DNA from: Lama glama | Lineage: Eukaryota | Assembly: GCA_028534125.1 (NCBI GenBank) | Contig: CM052816.1 | Span: 62,374,001-62,438,000 of the forward strand | Length of the DNA: 64,000 nucleotides | Reading direction: 5' to 3' | Shown: positions 12,658 through 25,509 of the stretch, one piece after another | Layout: the number at the start of each line of letters is the position of its first letter | Numbering within the stretch: the stretch's first letter is position 1 | Notes under the pieces: model-generated | Database searches by the model: none | The model's input: the letters and a program-made list of their open reading frames with translations, nothing else | What the model was told of the DNA's origin: nothing | Made by a program: the position numbers and the translations under genes

Positions 12658-14340
12658 GAAGAATTAATACTGTTAAAATGGCCATACTACCCAAATCAAT
12701 CTACAGATTTAACACAATCCCTATCAAATTATTCAGGAAATTTTTCACAGAACTAGAACAAACAGTCTTAAAATTTACATGGAATCATAAGAGACTCAGA
12801 ATTGCAAAAGCAATACTGAAGAAAAAGAACAAAGCTGAAGGCATAACCCTCCCAGACTTCAGACAATACTGCAAAGCTATAGTAATCAAAACAGTGTGGA
12901 ATTAACACAGCCATATAGACCAATGGAACAGAATACAGAGCCTCAAAATAAACCCACACACCTACAGTCAACTAATCTTTGGCAAAGGAGGCAAGAATAT
13001 ACAAAGGAGAAAAGATAGTCTCTTTGGCAAGTGGTGTTGGGAAAACTGGACAGCCACATGTAAATCAATGAAATTAGAACACTCCCTCACACCACACAGA
13101 AAAATAAACTCAAAATGGCTTAAAGACTTAAATGTAAGACAGGACACCATAAAACTCCTAGAAGAGAACACAGGCAAAACATTCTCTGACATAAAGTGTA
13201 GCAATGTTTCCCTAGGTCAGTCTCCCAACACAACAGAAATAAAAGCAAAAATAAACAAATGGGACCTAACCAAACTTAAAGTTTTTGCACAGTGAAGGAA
13301 GCCATCAGAAAAATGGAAAGGAAACCTAATGAATGAAAGTGATCTATCTGATAAGGGGTTTATATCTAAAATAGATGAAGAACTCATACAACTAAATATC
13401 AAAAAACCCAAACAACCCAATTAAAAATGAGCAGAGGACCTGAATAGGCATTTTCCAAAAAGACATACAGATGGACCACACACATGAAAAAATGCTCAAC
13501 ATCTCTAGTCATCAGGGAAATGCACATAAAAACCATGAGATATCACCTCACACCTGTCAGAATGATTATTTTCACAAAGACAAGAAATAATAAATGTTGA
13601 CAATATTGAGGCGAAAAGGAATCCCTCACACACTGTTAGTGGGAATGTAAACTGATACAGCCACTATTAAAAGTAGTATGCCAGTTTCTCAAAAAAATAA
13701 AAACTAGTGCTACCGTATGATCCAGCAATTCCTCTCCTGGGCATTTATCTGAAGAAAACAAAAATACTACTTTAAAAGCTATATGCATCCTAATGTTTAT
13801 GGTAGCATCACTTACAATAGTCAAAATATGGAAACAATGTGTTGCCCATCAACAGATAAAGATGTGACATACATGTGTGTATACATACACACACACATAC
13901 ATACATACATACACAATAGAATGTCACTCAGTCACAAAAAAGAATGAAATCTTGTAATTTTTGACAGCATGGATGGACCTGGATGGCATCATGTTTAGTG
14001 AAATAAGTTAGACAGAGGAAGACAAATACTGTGTTTTCACTTACATGTGGAATCTAAAAAATAAAACAAACAATAAAACAGTAACAGACTCACAGATAGA
14101 AAAGATTGATGGCTCCCAGACGGGAGAGGGATAAAATCGGTGAAAAGGATTAAGAGGTACAAACAACCAGGTATATGATACATAAGTTACAAGGATATAA
14201 TATACAGAACATGGAAAACAGCAAATACTTTATAATAACTTTACATAAAGTATACTCTACAAAAATATCAAATTACTATGTTGGACATCAGAAATTAATG
14301 TAATATTGTAAGTCAACTATATGTCAAATAAAAAAGAAAA
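12658..14340 (+). mobile_element. 5'-truncated L1 (ORF2 C-terminal part, 3' UTR, A-rich tail) abutting the exon 3 acceptor
   Basis: Encodes [23 protein letters not shown] and [24 protein letters not shown]; ends tattgtaagtcaactata...aaataaaaaag. Confidence 0.92.
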
Positions 14341-14349
14341 GGAAAAAAG

Positions 14350-16075
14350 ACATCCACACATCTCTCTTAAACAAAGAATCAAAAATCCTTGATAAAGTAT
14401 TAATAAGTAAAATTTAACAATATATTACCATATATAGGTAGAAAATACAAAGGAATCCAAGAAAAACAACTAAAAAGTGACGTCTGCAGGATATAAAGTC
14501 AATACACAGATTCAACTCTATTTCTTTAGACTAGCCACAATAAATTGTAATGGGCTACTTGTAAAATATCAATTATAACAGCAGCAAAAAAACATGAAAA
14601 ATTTAGGAATAAATTTAATACAATATGTACAAGATCTGTCCATTATAAACTAGAAAACATTCTTGAAACAATTAAGGAATACACAGTAGTGTGTATCTCA
14701 GGAATAAAAGATCAGTAGAGCATTCAAAAATCATTCAATATAATTCAACATATTAATATAATAGAGAACAGATATAAAAATGTTTTGATATACATGGAAA
14801 AATCAATAGATAAAAGTCAACATTCATTCATGATAAAAACTTAGAAACTAAAAATGGAAGACAACTTTTTCAATCTGATAAAGGCTACCTATGAAAAACT
14901 TACAGCTAAACTCACACTCAATGGTGAAAGACAATTCTTTTGCCCTAAGATTGAGAATAGAATGTCTTCTTTCTCACCCTTTCCACTCCACATTGCATTG
15001 ATGGTCAAGGTCAGTACAGTATGACAAGAAAAAGAAATAAAAGATGTACAGATGAAAAATAAACAAAACATCAATGAGATACATTTTCACACCCACTAGG
15101 ATGGCTATAATAAAAAATAAAAATAATAAACAGAAAATAAGTATCAGTGAAGATATACAGAAACTGGAACCACTGTACATTTATGATGCAGCCACTGTGG
15201 AAAATAACTTTGTGTTTCCTCAATAAGTTGAATGTTGAATTACCAAGTGGCCTAAAATTCCATTCCTGGGTACATATCCAAAATAGTAAGAAATGGGTGT
15301 TCAAACCAAAACTTGTATACAAATGTTCATAGCAGCACTACTGACAATAGTCAAAAGGTGGAAACAACCCAAATGTCCACAACTTCTGAATATACAAATA
15401 TGCTATATCCCTGCAATGATATATTGTTCATTCATAAAAAAGGATAAAATACTGATACGTATTATAACATGGATAAACATTGAAAACATGCTAGGTGAAA
15501 GAAGCCAGACTAAAAGGCTACACATTGTATGATTCCATTTGTATGAAATACCCAGAGTCAGTAAATCCACAAACAAAAACCGTATTAGCACCTGCCAGGG
15601 GTTTGGAAGAGGTATAAATGGGGAGTGACTGCTTGATGAGTATGGGCTTTCCTCTTGGGAAATGAATGATGAATATGTTCTGGAACTAGACAGTGATGAT
15701 GACTGCACCACACTATAAATATATTAAATATCAGTAGTGGTAGATTTTGTTATGTATATTTCAGCCTAATTTTAAAAAAATAACAAAATAACTTTTTTAT
15801 TTACAGACAACATAATATAAAGAAAATACTAAGGAATTCATCATAAAAGCTGTTAAATTAATAAATCAGCACAATTTCAGTATACAATGTCAACATACAA
15901 ATTTCTGTGTACCACCTTTCTGTACATTAACAACAAACAATGAGAAATAAACACTTTCAAAATACCACTTACAGTAGCGCTAAAAAAAACCATTAACTAC
16001 TTAGGTATAAATTTGACACAGTATATACAAGACCTGTTTACTAAAAACTACAAAACACTATATAGAAAAATTTAT
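14350..16075 (+). mobile_element. Patchwork of old L1 ORF2 fragments with a nested L1MB-like 3' end (~15070-15780)
   Basis: The ORF2 remnant is interrupted at aataaacaaaa and resumes after aataacaaaa. The insert has typical L1 3' motifs (ggaaacaacccaaatgtcca, gattccatttgtatgaaata). Confidence 0.8.
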
Positions 16076-16964
16076 CATTTACCTTTTCTAGCCCGTTATT
16101 TTTAAGCAGTATCTTCAAATGACTGAAGACTGCCAAAAATGTGCTTTGATAACAGTGTGCTCATTTTTACTTTCTGTATTCTTAGAGGAAATTCATTTAA
16201 AAATCTGAATTCTTAACAAATGGTGACGTATTAGCCAAAGTCCATTATAATAAATTTAAATGGACCATATAAAACTATTTTTGAAGGAACCTTGGGAAAG
16301 TGACAGAAGTGACTCAGTAAAAATAAGCAGTGTACCTTTACCTAAATACTTTACCTAATTTAATTTTTGAAGGAGAGAATTAATCTTACAAACATCCATA
16401 CTCATATACATTAGCCCCTTCTACTAGGAGCTGATAGTTAGGCAGATTTGTAGTAACTAATGAATTTTTTTAAAGGCTCTCAAAGAGAATGTAAACTGGG
16501 ACTGACATATACAGTCATCTCTACTTCATTATTAGATCCAATTTTTTTTCTGAGTTTTCAAGGTTCTGTTCAACTAAGAGCTAAATAAATATTTCTTCAC
16601 TGAAACAAAGAATAGAATATTATATTAAAGTGAGTTAGTGACAATCAACCTATCAATATTTATTGGTCATTACTAAACACAGTGTTGACCATATAAAGGG
16701 AATAAAGAAACTTCTTTATATGCCAAGGACGGTGTTTTATCTTACATTTACTATCCCACTTTACTATTTCATTGTGCATATTCTATTATTTCATTTAATC
16801 ATATAAAGTGATCATAACATTTAATCACGTAAGATTGATCATGATACTAAGAAACCACTGTCTATTATAAATTCTAGAGATGTTTTATGAACATTCCTGA
16901 GAACAGAGTCATAGTTCTAGGTAGGTAAAGGAAGTTATACAATGTACTTACTCTTATTTCTACC

Positions 16965-17155
16965 AGGTAACAAGCATTCGTATTGCGCTCACTATGCCCA
17001 AGCACTGTTTTAAGGGTTTGATTATTTTACAGATAAGAAAATTGAGATAAGAGAAATTAAGTAACTTTTACATAACTTGCAAGGTCACAAAGCAAGCAGC
17101 ACTGCAAGGACTTCCATTCAGGCAACCTGCCTTCAAAACTGAGTCACTAAGCTTC
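16965..17155 (-). mobile_element. MIR
   Basis: MIR core: attttacagataagaaaattgag...aagtaact...aaggtcaca. Confidence 0.7.
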
Positions 17156-18529
17156 CATTGTTACTTCCTAGACCAAATAAACAGTTGTCTTTTACAGGGC
17201 AATCGTCTTTCTTACATCTTTACCTGGAGTAAGTTTTAAGGCATGATACTGCTATTCTTCCTGAGGCTTACAACAAAAAGCAAAACAAATCAAAAACTGG
17301 AAGCATAACTTACTTTTAAATTAACCAAAAAAATACACTAACTTATACAGAAGAAAAGTCAGTTTAGAAAAAATTCCACAGCCGATTCTGATCTGTGACC
17401 TCCAAACCAATCTCCTTGAGTACTATTAACATAAGGCAAGCATATTTTCTATGTATATTTAAAAGTTAAAACATACTCACATACCAACAAAAAAGACGAA
17501 AATCAGTTACAGAAATTGATACCAGTGGGAGCAGCATAAAAGGCTGGGTTAAGAGTATACAGTATTTCCTTTTCTGAAAATTAGATACGGCAAATGGAGA
17601 CCACCAGGATAAACAGAAGCTTCAATTATAAATGAGACTGCCACCTACTTGAACTGTAATTATACACACTGTCATATATATATATATATTCATGATACTT
17701 ACTTCCAATATAACTTTAAAGTAAAATAAAACATCAAACTATTAAGTTTATAAAGTCTACTGTCAATTAATTTTAAAAACTTTAAAATACATGTGATAAA
17801 ACAAGTTTTAATGTATGTATTTTAAGATGAATGATTAAACTGGAAGAAACCCCATTTGAGGAATTTAAAGCCTGTAAAGTAGAGGCATGTCAGGTTATCT
17901 CCTTGAGGTAAAAATACACTGAAAATTAGAAAAACTGTATTAATTAGGATTTTTCAAACCTTACTAGACAGATTTTTCATGTCTCAAATTTATCATGTGA
18001 GCGAAGGAGGACGGGAAGGAAGAGAAAGTAAGCCAATTTTACTTAATGCTGTCAGAAAAATGTTGACAAAATATTTTATAAATGAAATCATTTGTTCAAG
18101 CAGCAGGGGGAGCTAATGCATTGTTATTTTGTTTTTTCTTTATGAGTAGGGAATGTTTTCAGAGAACTTTAATTTTAAAATTATATGTATTATCTTTTTA
18201 TTATTTAATAACTAAGTTTTTATTATTTAATGATTGTTAAGGTTAAATGTAAAAAGTTGACATAAATACAATATTATTTATAATATTTTAAAAGATGTTT
18301 AACACTAACATATTTCCAATGTTAGTAATTACATTCCCTTAGCTAACTCACTAAAAATGAGCTAACTGTATTATTTAACTATGGACACAACAGGGAAAAG
18401 ATCAAAATTCTATTGGACTGTCTGTTTCTTCTATTTGTAGTTTGAGAAGGTACTTCAAGGGTGAAAACTTCTTTTACTCAAAAGGTCAGAATGATAAAGG
18501 ATTGAAAGCCTCACTTAAGAGCAGGCTGT

Positions 18530-19095
18530 CCCCTGCATCCATTCTTGCTACCTTTCTAATTTCACTCTTTCACAATCGCCAGAATGATTTCTTAAAAAAT
18601 TCAATAGTCATGTTGCTCCTTTTCACTGACTTCCTAGCTCTCAGGATAAAGATGAAAGTCCTTAATTTATCTTACAAGACCGTAAGTGATCTAACCAACA
18701 ACCATCTTTCTAGCCTCAAATCTTGCCACACTCCCTCTTGATCTCTGCACCCCAATCATAGAAATCTTCTAGTTCCACAAATATATCACATCCTCTCCAC
18801 ACAGGGCCTTTGAATATGCTAGTTCCAAAGCTTGGAACTCCTCCCTCCTATACTGCCCTCACTACTCATCCACCGTATCTCTGCACAAGTGACCTCCTCA
18901 GAAAAGCTTTCTCCTTAGAACAACAGTCCTCTGTCTACATTCTACCCTTATGGCTTCCTGCATGTTTCCTTTTTCCCACTTACACAGCTAGCAATTTAAT
19001 ATTTACGTTTGAGCGCTATCCTGAAAGCTTCACGAGGACAGAACATTTCTCTTCTGCTCTTCATTGAATCTCCAGTGCCTATTACAGGACCTGCC
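18530..19095 (+). mobile_element. L2 fragment
   Basis: ctcaggataaagatgaaagtccttaat...cagggcctttgaatatgct...tctccagtgccta. Confidence 0.7.
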
Positions 19096-19096
19096 A

Positions 19097-19460
19097 TGTC
19101 TTAGCTGGTTTGAGCTGCCATAACAAAATACTACAGGCTGGGTGGCTTAGAACACAGACATTTATTCCTCACAACCCTGGAGGCTAGAAGCCTAAGATCA
19201 AAGTGCCAGCATGTTCAGGTGCTGATGAGAACTCTCTTCTTAGTTTGCAGATAGCTGCCTTTTTCCTGTGTCCTTACATGGTGGAAGGAGAATGAGATCT
19301 CTGTATCTTCTTATAAGCCACAGTCTTACTGGATTGAGCCTCATCCTTATGACCTTAAATTAACCTTAATAACCCCCTACAGACCTATCTCCAAATACTT
19401 TGGGGGTTTGGGGTAACTTTGGGGGTTAGGACTTTAACACATGAATCTGGGGTATACACA
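19097..19460 (-). mobile_element. MaLR LTR (MLT1A/MST-like)
   Basis: tgtcttag...gctgccataacaaaatactacaggctgggtggctta...ctggaggctagaag...caagatcaa-like motif...ttaggactttaacacatgaat. Confidence 0.85.
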
Positions 19461-19555
19461 GATACACATGTGGTAAGACTAAGTATGTATTAAATATGTA
19501 TTAAATATGTACACAGATACACATGTGGTAAGACTAAGTATGTATTAAATATGTA
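19455..19555. repeat. Perfect 46-bp direct duplication (period 55)
   Basis: tacacagatacacatgtggtaagactaagtatgtattaaatatgta occurs at 19455-19500 and 19510-19555. Confidence 0.9.
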
Positions 19556-19849
19556 CTAAGAAAACCAAAATACTTAAAATGTATTAAGCAATAAAATGTG
19601 ATTTATTTCAGTATTATTTCAGTATTATAGCCATTGAAAGGATACCATCAGGATACTAAAGCCAGAGATAAAATGAGCAAAATATCTAACCAAAAAAGGT
19701 GAATGAGGAGGTCTATAATCCAATAAATCACCAATTCAGCATTCATTAATCACACTTATGGCCACCACTGTATTGGCAATAGTGTTATAAAGAGGAAACG
19801 CTTCACAGCCTCATGATTAAAAGAATCATAACCCAATAATTATGATGCT

Positions 19850-20520
19850 TTGTAGTAAGGGTTGGACCATTCCTCAGTTCTCATTCTCCTCAACTCAATG
19901 GGATCTGGTATCTGCCCCTACAACTCTCACAGCTACAATGAACACTACCAATGATCTCCTGTTTGTGAAAACCAACACACACTTTTAATTCTCAGAGTCT
20001 CTCCATATGGCCATACAGCCTGTATGACATTTCTGTACAAATATCGGGACCCCTTTCACAGGCTAGCACCCTCTAGAATTGTGCAGCACACAACCTGCAC
20101 ATTAATGGCAGTATCTGGCTTTCTACATCTCCCTACAACATTCACTATCACTAACCAATCCCTCCTTCTGGAAGATGTTTGTCCCTTGACTTCCATAACA
20201 CTATATCCTGATTTTCAATCCTTTCACACTACTCTTTTTTTCCTACTTTGTGATTTTTTTTTTTTCAGTCCATCCCTTAAATGTTCCTGGGCTGTATTCT
20301 TTCTCAGTCCATCCACACTCTGCATGGTGACCTCATCTACTTTCACAGCTTCACTCACCACTTAAATGCTGATGACTACCAAATCCATACTCTTAGTTCA
20401 TATCTCTATTCTGAATCCCATATCCATAGAACCAGCAGCCTCCGAGAAATGTCTATTTAATGTCTTGTAAGTCATATAAACTTGACTTGTCCAAAATCGT
20501 ACCAAAATTGACTTAAAAAC
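19850..20520 (+). mobile_element. L2 remnant with a small MER91-like insert (~20010-20115)
   Basis: L2 motif atgctgatgactaccaaatc; insert motif tgtgcagcacacaacctgcac. Confidence 0.6.
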
Positions 20521-20715
20521 TAAAGCTGAGGACACTATCACTGCCCACAACCTCCACCACACCAGACTTCACAAGTGGAGACCAATCCTGTTATTTATGT
20601 TTTTAGGGTCTCTATTGTTGTTATTATTTGCTTTTGATTTTGGTACTTGCCCACATCTCATGTTTCTCGGGTCTGAAAAGTAGAGCAGGAGTCACCTTTT
20701 GACCCTGTGGACATT

Positions 20716-21100
20716 GTAGACTGTCTCAAAATTCCATTCTAAATTCCCAGTCATACACCTTTCTACATGCCAGTGGCTGGCAAACTGAAGCTCAGATGTC
20801 CCAGATTCCTTTACAGCTCATGTTCTGCACATAATCTAGCTTCCACCAAGCTGATACATTGTTCAATATTATGAAAGAAGTGATGAGTGTATCTGCGTGT
20901 TTCCTCTAGCAAGCTTGGTTTTGAAGGTACTTGGTTATTCTGTAGCAAAAGTCAGTGATTCCAGTGTCCACTTCTTAGTTTTGTGGGGGTTGAGGCAGAG
21001 AGTGAGACTCCCACTTCCTGGCAGTGGGCAGGGCTGAATAAATATGGCTCTGGAGCCAACAGCTGTGTACACCATTTCCGCAGGTTCCTGACCCTCCATG
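20716..21100 (+). mobile_element. LTR33-like ERVL LTR
   Basis: gtcccagattcctttacagct...ttctgcacataatctagcttccaccaa motif. Confidence 0.55.
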
Positions 21101-21339
21101 TTCTCTGAGGGCCACTTTATACCTGCATAGAATGTGGAAGACAGGAGGCAAAGTCCAGAGTTTGCTCAGGGTAGGAAGACTCTAAGGGGAATCCCTGACA
21201 TAGAGCTGGGGTGTAATATCAGTCTAAGGGTAAATGAGAAACAAACTTGTTGCTCAGAGGGACAAATAAGAAAAGTTGCCTGTCTCAACTTTGGTATTCA
21301 ACAGAAGGAAAGGAAAAAAATCCTCCCCTCAGGGTACTG

Positions 21340-22030
21340 AAGAATTTTTTAAACAAAAGGTATAAAACATAAAGGAGATGATTAATAAATTCATCTATGC
21401 TATATTATAAACTCTCTTGATCAAAAGATACCACAAAGACTGAAATACAAGTTATATAAACTGGCAAAAGTTATCAGAAATACAATAGTCAATAGATTAT
21501 TGGTATGTAGAATATGTAAAGAGCTTTCAAAAATCAAAACAAAACTATGTAATAAAAAAACAAGCAAGAAAAAAAAAAAAAGACATTTCACGGAAAACAC
21601 AAACAGCCCCAAACAATGAGAAGATGTAAATTACTGGTGAATATGTGGAATTCACAGAAATATTTAACCACTGCTCATGGGAACCTGTCATTTGAAAACA
21701 ACTCAGCATTGCCCAGTGAAGTTGAAGAGGCACATATTCTATGACATGTAACTCCACTTCTAGTAATAATTCTTGCCCATGTTTGCCGAGAAATGGACAA
21801 GAAAACTTATGCTTTGTATGAGCGAAACAACTGCATATAACTCAATGGTAGAATAAATAATCTATGTAATATATTAATACACTAGAATACTATACAAAAG
21901 TGAAAAACTGGAGCTACACTATAAGGCAGCAATTCCCAGAATACCTATCTACACTGTGATTTCATTTACAGAAAGTAGACAAATAAAATACTTCCAGAAA
22001 CAATCAAAACACTTACTTTATACACATACA
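21340..22030 (+). mobile_element. Ancient L1ME-like 3' region
   Basis: Degenerate L1 3' motifs (agaatatgtaaagagctttcaaaaatcaa, ctagaatactatacaaaagtgaaaa). Confidence 0.6.
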
Positions 22031-22163
22031 CATTTTAATTATATTATTAAAGAGGTAATAAATTAGCATAATCTGATAGGTGATAAATTTAGCATTCTTT
22101 CAGTAAAGCATCTGATAAATTACTTTTAGATTCCAGTTTTATTGTTTCCTTTAATTACAACAG

Positions 22164-22313
22164 ATCCTTTTACATTTGTCTTCAGTATTTATACCAAGTG
22201 TATGTATTTATAAAATATGTTTGTATGGCTTAAAGAAATCCTTTTACATTCACCTTCAGTATTTATATAAAATGTATGTATTTGTAAAATATGTTTGTAT
22301 AGTTTAAAGAAAT
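22164..22313. repeat. Two diverged copies of a 74-bp unit
   Basis: atccttttacatt...ttcagtatttata...gtatgtattt.taaaatatgtttgtat...ttaaagaaat starts at both 22164 and 22238. Confidence 0.85.
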
Positions 22314-23129
22314 ACTTAAAGAGAAGCAAATGCCAATATACCCACTACCCAGTTTAATAAATACACTGTTACTATTTTAGAAGACCCTCAGGATCTCTAA
22401 TTACACACTCCTCCTTCCCCCTAGACTTACAATGATATTGAATTATTCCTCAACTAGATGTCAATAGATTTTATATATGTATGTTTTACTTTATATGTAC
22501 ATAAGATATATTTTAATATGTATTAGTTTATATACATATAAATATTTAATATGTATATTTATATAAATATATTTGATATATTATTTTAATAAATATATTT
22601 TTATTCTACAAGTTAGTTTCATTAGTTTATATATTTTGTACTATGTGTATACATACACATTGTATTTTATATATAAAGTTACAGTGACAGAAAGCAGATC
22701 AGTGGTTGCCTGAGGCTAGGCTTAGGAGCAGGACAAATTGGCGTAAGGAAATTTTCTGGGATAATGGAAAGGTTTTAAAACTATATCATTGTATTGTATT
22801 CTTACAATGGATAAATTTTATGGTTTAAAAATTATACTTAAAACTCTATAAACAATATTTCTTATAATCTCTTCTGGGAAACCTTCAGCCATGACTAGCC
22901 CAGGCAACAGTTTGTTTGCATTCCTCTGCTATAGTACTTATCAAATCAGGCTACACAGCTTGGCCTATTTTCAACTAGAATTTAAAGCTCCTAGAGGACC
23001 AGGATGTTTCTTCAATTCCATGTCAGTCTCTTCCACAACCCATCCTATTACACGCCAGAGCAGTGTTTGAAACTCTCCTGATCACTGAGAAGATGTGAAA
23101 CTGCATGATACACTGGGGGAGGAGCAAAG

Positions 23130-23330
23130 GCAGTGTGGAGGTTAAGAGCACAGGCTCAGGACCTTCACTGTCAGGTTCAATTGTAGCTAAACTGCTCAGT
23201 AAAAGTGTACCCTGAGGCAATTAATTTAACCTCCTGTGCCTCAGTTCCATTATCTATAAAATGGAGACGATAATGTATCTTTCTTTTCTTATACTATAAG
23301 GAATGAATAATATACAACATTTAAAGCAGT
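23130..23330 (+). mobile_element. MIR
   Basis: gttaagagcacaggctc...ggcaattaatttaacctcctgtgcctcagttccattatctataaaatggagacgataat. Confidence 0.8.
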
Positions 23331-23384
23331 AACTAACCAACAAGCATAAAAAAAGGTCCTCCACAGCATTACCACTAGGGAAAT

Positions 23385-23920
23385 AAGTATCTACTGATAA
23401 ATGGATAAAGAAGTTGTGGTGTGTGTGTGTGTACACAAACACATGCACACACATAATGGAATACCACTCAGCCATAAAAAAGAATAAAATAATGCCATTT
23501 GCAGCAATTACGGATGGACATGGAGATTGTTATACTAAGTGAAGCACAACAGAAAGAGAAAGAAAAGTACAATATGATATCACTTACATGTGATATCTAA
23601 CAAAATGACATAAATGAACTTATTTACAAAACAGAAACAGACTCACAGACATAGAAAACAAACTTACGGTTACCAGTGGGGGAAGGGGAGGGTGGAGGGA
23701 TAAACTGGGAGTCTGGGATTTGCAGATAATAACTACTATACATAAAATAGATAAACAATAAGGTCCTACTGTATAGTACAGTGAACTATATTCAATATCT
23801 TAAAACAGCTTATAATGAAAAAGAATATGAAAAGGAATATATATGTATAACCGAATCACTATGCTGTACACCAGAAATTAATACAACATTGTAAATCGAC
23901 TATACTTCAATTAAAAAAAA
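23385..23920 (+). mobile_element. Lineage-specific L1 3' end nested inside an older L1
   Basis: gggatttgcagata...tgctgtacaccagaaattaatacaacattgtaaatcgactatacttcaattaaaaaaaaa. Confidence 0.9.
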
Positions 23921-24590
23921 ACTATAACGATATACCACTATACATCTACCAGAATGGCTAAAATATCAAGTCCGAAAATACCAAGTGTTGCCAAAGATGT
24001 AGAGCAACTGGAATTCTCATCATTGCTATTGCAAGTGAACATTCACTTTGGAAAACTATTAGTAGTCTCTGCAAAAATACACCTACTCTATGAACTCCCC
24101 AATTCATTCCTATGTATACAGAAAAAAAGGAATAACACACAAACACATAAAGTCTTTTACAAGAATATTGATAGTAGTTTTATTCATAACCCAAAACTAG
24201 AAATTCAAATGCCCATCAGCAGAAAAAACAGAGAAATTGTGGTATATTCAAATGGTATACTACTCAGGAAAAAAGGAGCAAACTACATATAAATACAAAA
24301 CATAAATGAAAACATTATACTAAGCAAAATAAGTCAGGTCAAAAAAGTATATGTTATGTGATTGATTCCATCTGAATGAAGATCAAGAACCGGCAAAACT
24401 AGTCTACAGTGACAGACATCAATACAGTGGTTATACTGTGAGAGTGGGAGTATTGCCTGGAAAGGGGCAAGATAACTTTCTGGGATGATGAAAATCTTGT
24501 ATATCTCGATCTGATTCGTAGAAGAGCTGAAAAATTTTATCATCTGTATACTTAATTTTTTCTTATTCTATGTAAATTGTACCCAATAAA
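23921..24590 (+). mobile_element. Older L1M 3' region (host of the preceding insertion)
   Basis: gatataccactatacatctaccagaatggctaaaat...gatgtagagcaactggaattctca...tgtaaattgtacccaataaa. Confidence 0.8.
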
Positions 24591-25374
24591 CTATTCAGCA
24601 TGAAAAGTTTTTTCCCCGCAATTAAAATGTTTTGTCAGTTTTTTAAAAGTATCTGACATATAGTAAGTATGCAACCAAGGTTAGCTACTATTATCAGTTC
24701 AAGTTGGCCAAACTGTTAGAGTTGGATAGGAGATAATCATGATCAAATGTGGCTGAGGCAAAAGACAAAATAAAATAAATAAAAGAAGGGGAAGAAAACA
24801 ATGACAGGTAATTATATCCACTCTCTCCCCTGAATTGAAAATTCCCTGTAAAGTCCATGAATTACTATCTAGTTTGGACCTCTTGCATATTGCTCTTGTA
24901 GAAGCGTAGGGATTTCATTTTTTTTTAAGCATTTATTTTTACCAGAGCAATCAATTAAGTGCTTTTAAATATTATTCAGATTTTCCTATTGATTTTCAAA
25001 TTATACTAACTCTCTCTCCTATGCCCATATTGAATACTAAACAAATAAATAGGTTTTCTATTTTTAACAGGCTCCAGAATTGTGTTCATTCATGGGGGGA
25101 TAAAAAGACGGATTATTATTTTCAACTTATGCCTATGATGCTGCACTTAAAATTTTAAGGTCATGTTAATGTTAGCAGCTAAAGGTAAAATTAATTACAA
25201 CTGTGGAAGGTAGGATGCCTTTTGAATACCACTTTGAAATGTTTTCAGTGGATCAGGTAAAATAAGGAAAAAGCTAAGTCAGGTGCAGAGGGATACGTGT
25301 GCATGGGTTAGGTGTGCTCTCAGCATTCCTATACTAGGAAATTGTGTTTGAAGATCAGAGTTAGCAGTACTCAC

Positions 25375-25509
25375 CTTAATCACTTGATTCTCAAGATATT
25401 TCATGAAACAACCAGAACTTCCTATACATTTTCTACATTTCCAACAACGAAGAATACTTATTCCTTCTTGATTATGATTTTTAGTTATCAATTCTTTACT
25501 TCTCTTCAT
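25375..25509 (-). CDS. RNF180: RNF180 coding exon 2 (first coding exon, 135 nt): [45 protein letters not shown]
   Basis: The translation matches the recalled RNF180 N-terminus. The acceptor ttttcccacag sits directly before the ATG, and the donor AAG|GTGAGT (25374-25369) is phase 0. Confidence 0.95.

Noticed and set aside
22164..22313. Direct repeats (also 19455-19555) as a CRISPR-like array
   Set aside because: Only two adjacent copies, no unique spacers, no cas genes, and a mammalian context.
22470..22680. Extremely AT-rich tract
   Set aside because: Ordinary degenerate (TA)n low-complexity sequence next to an L1 remnant.
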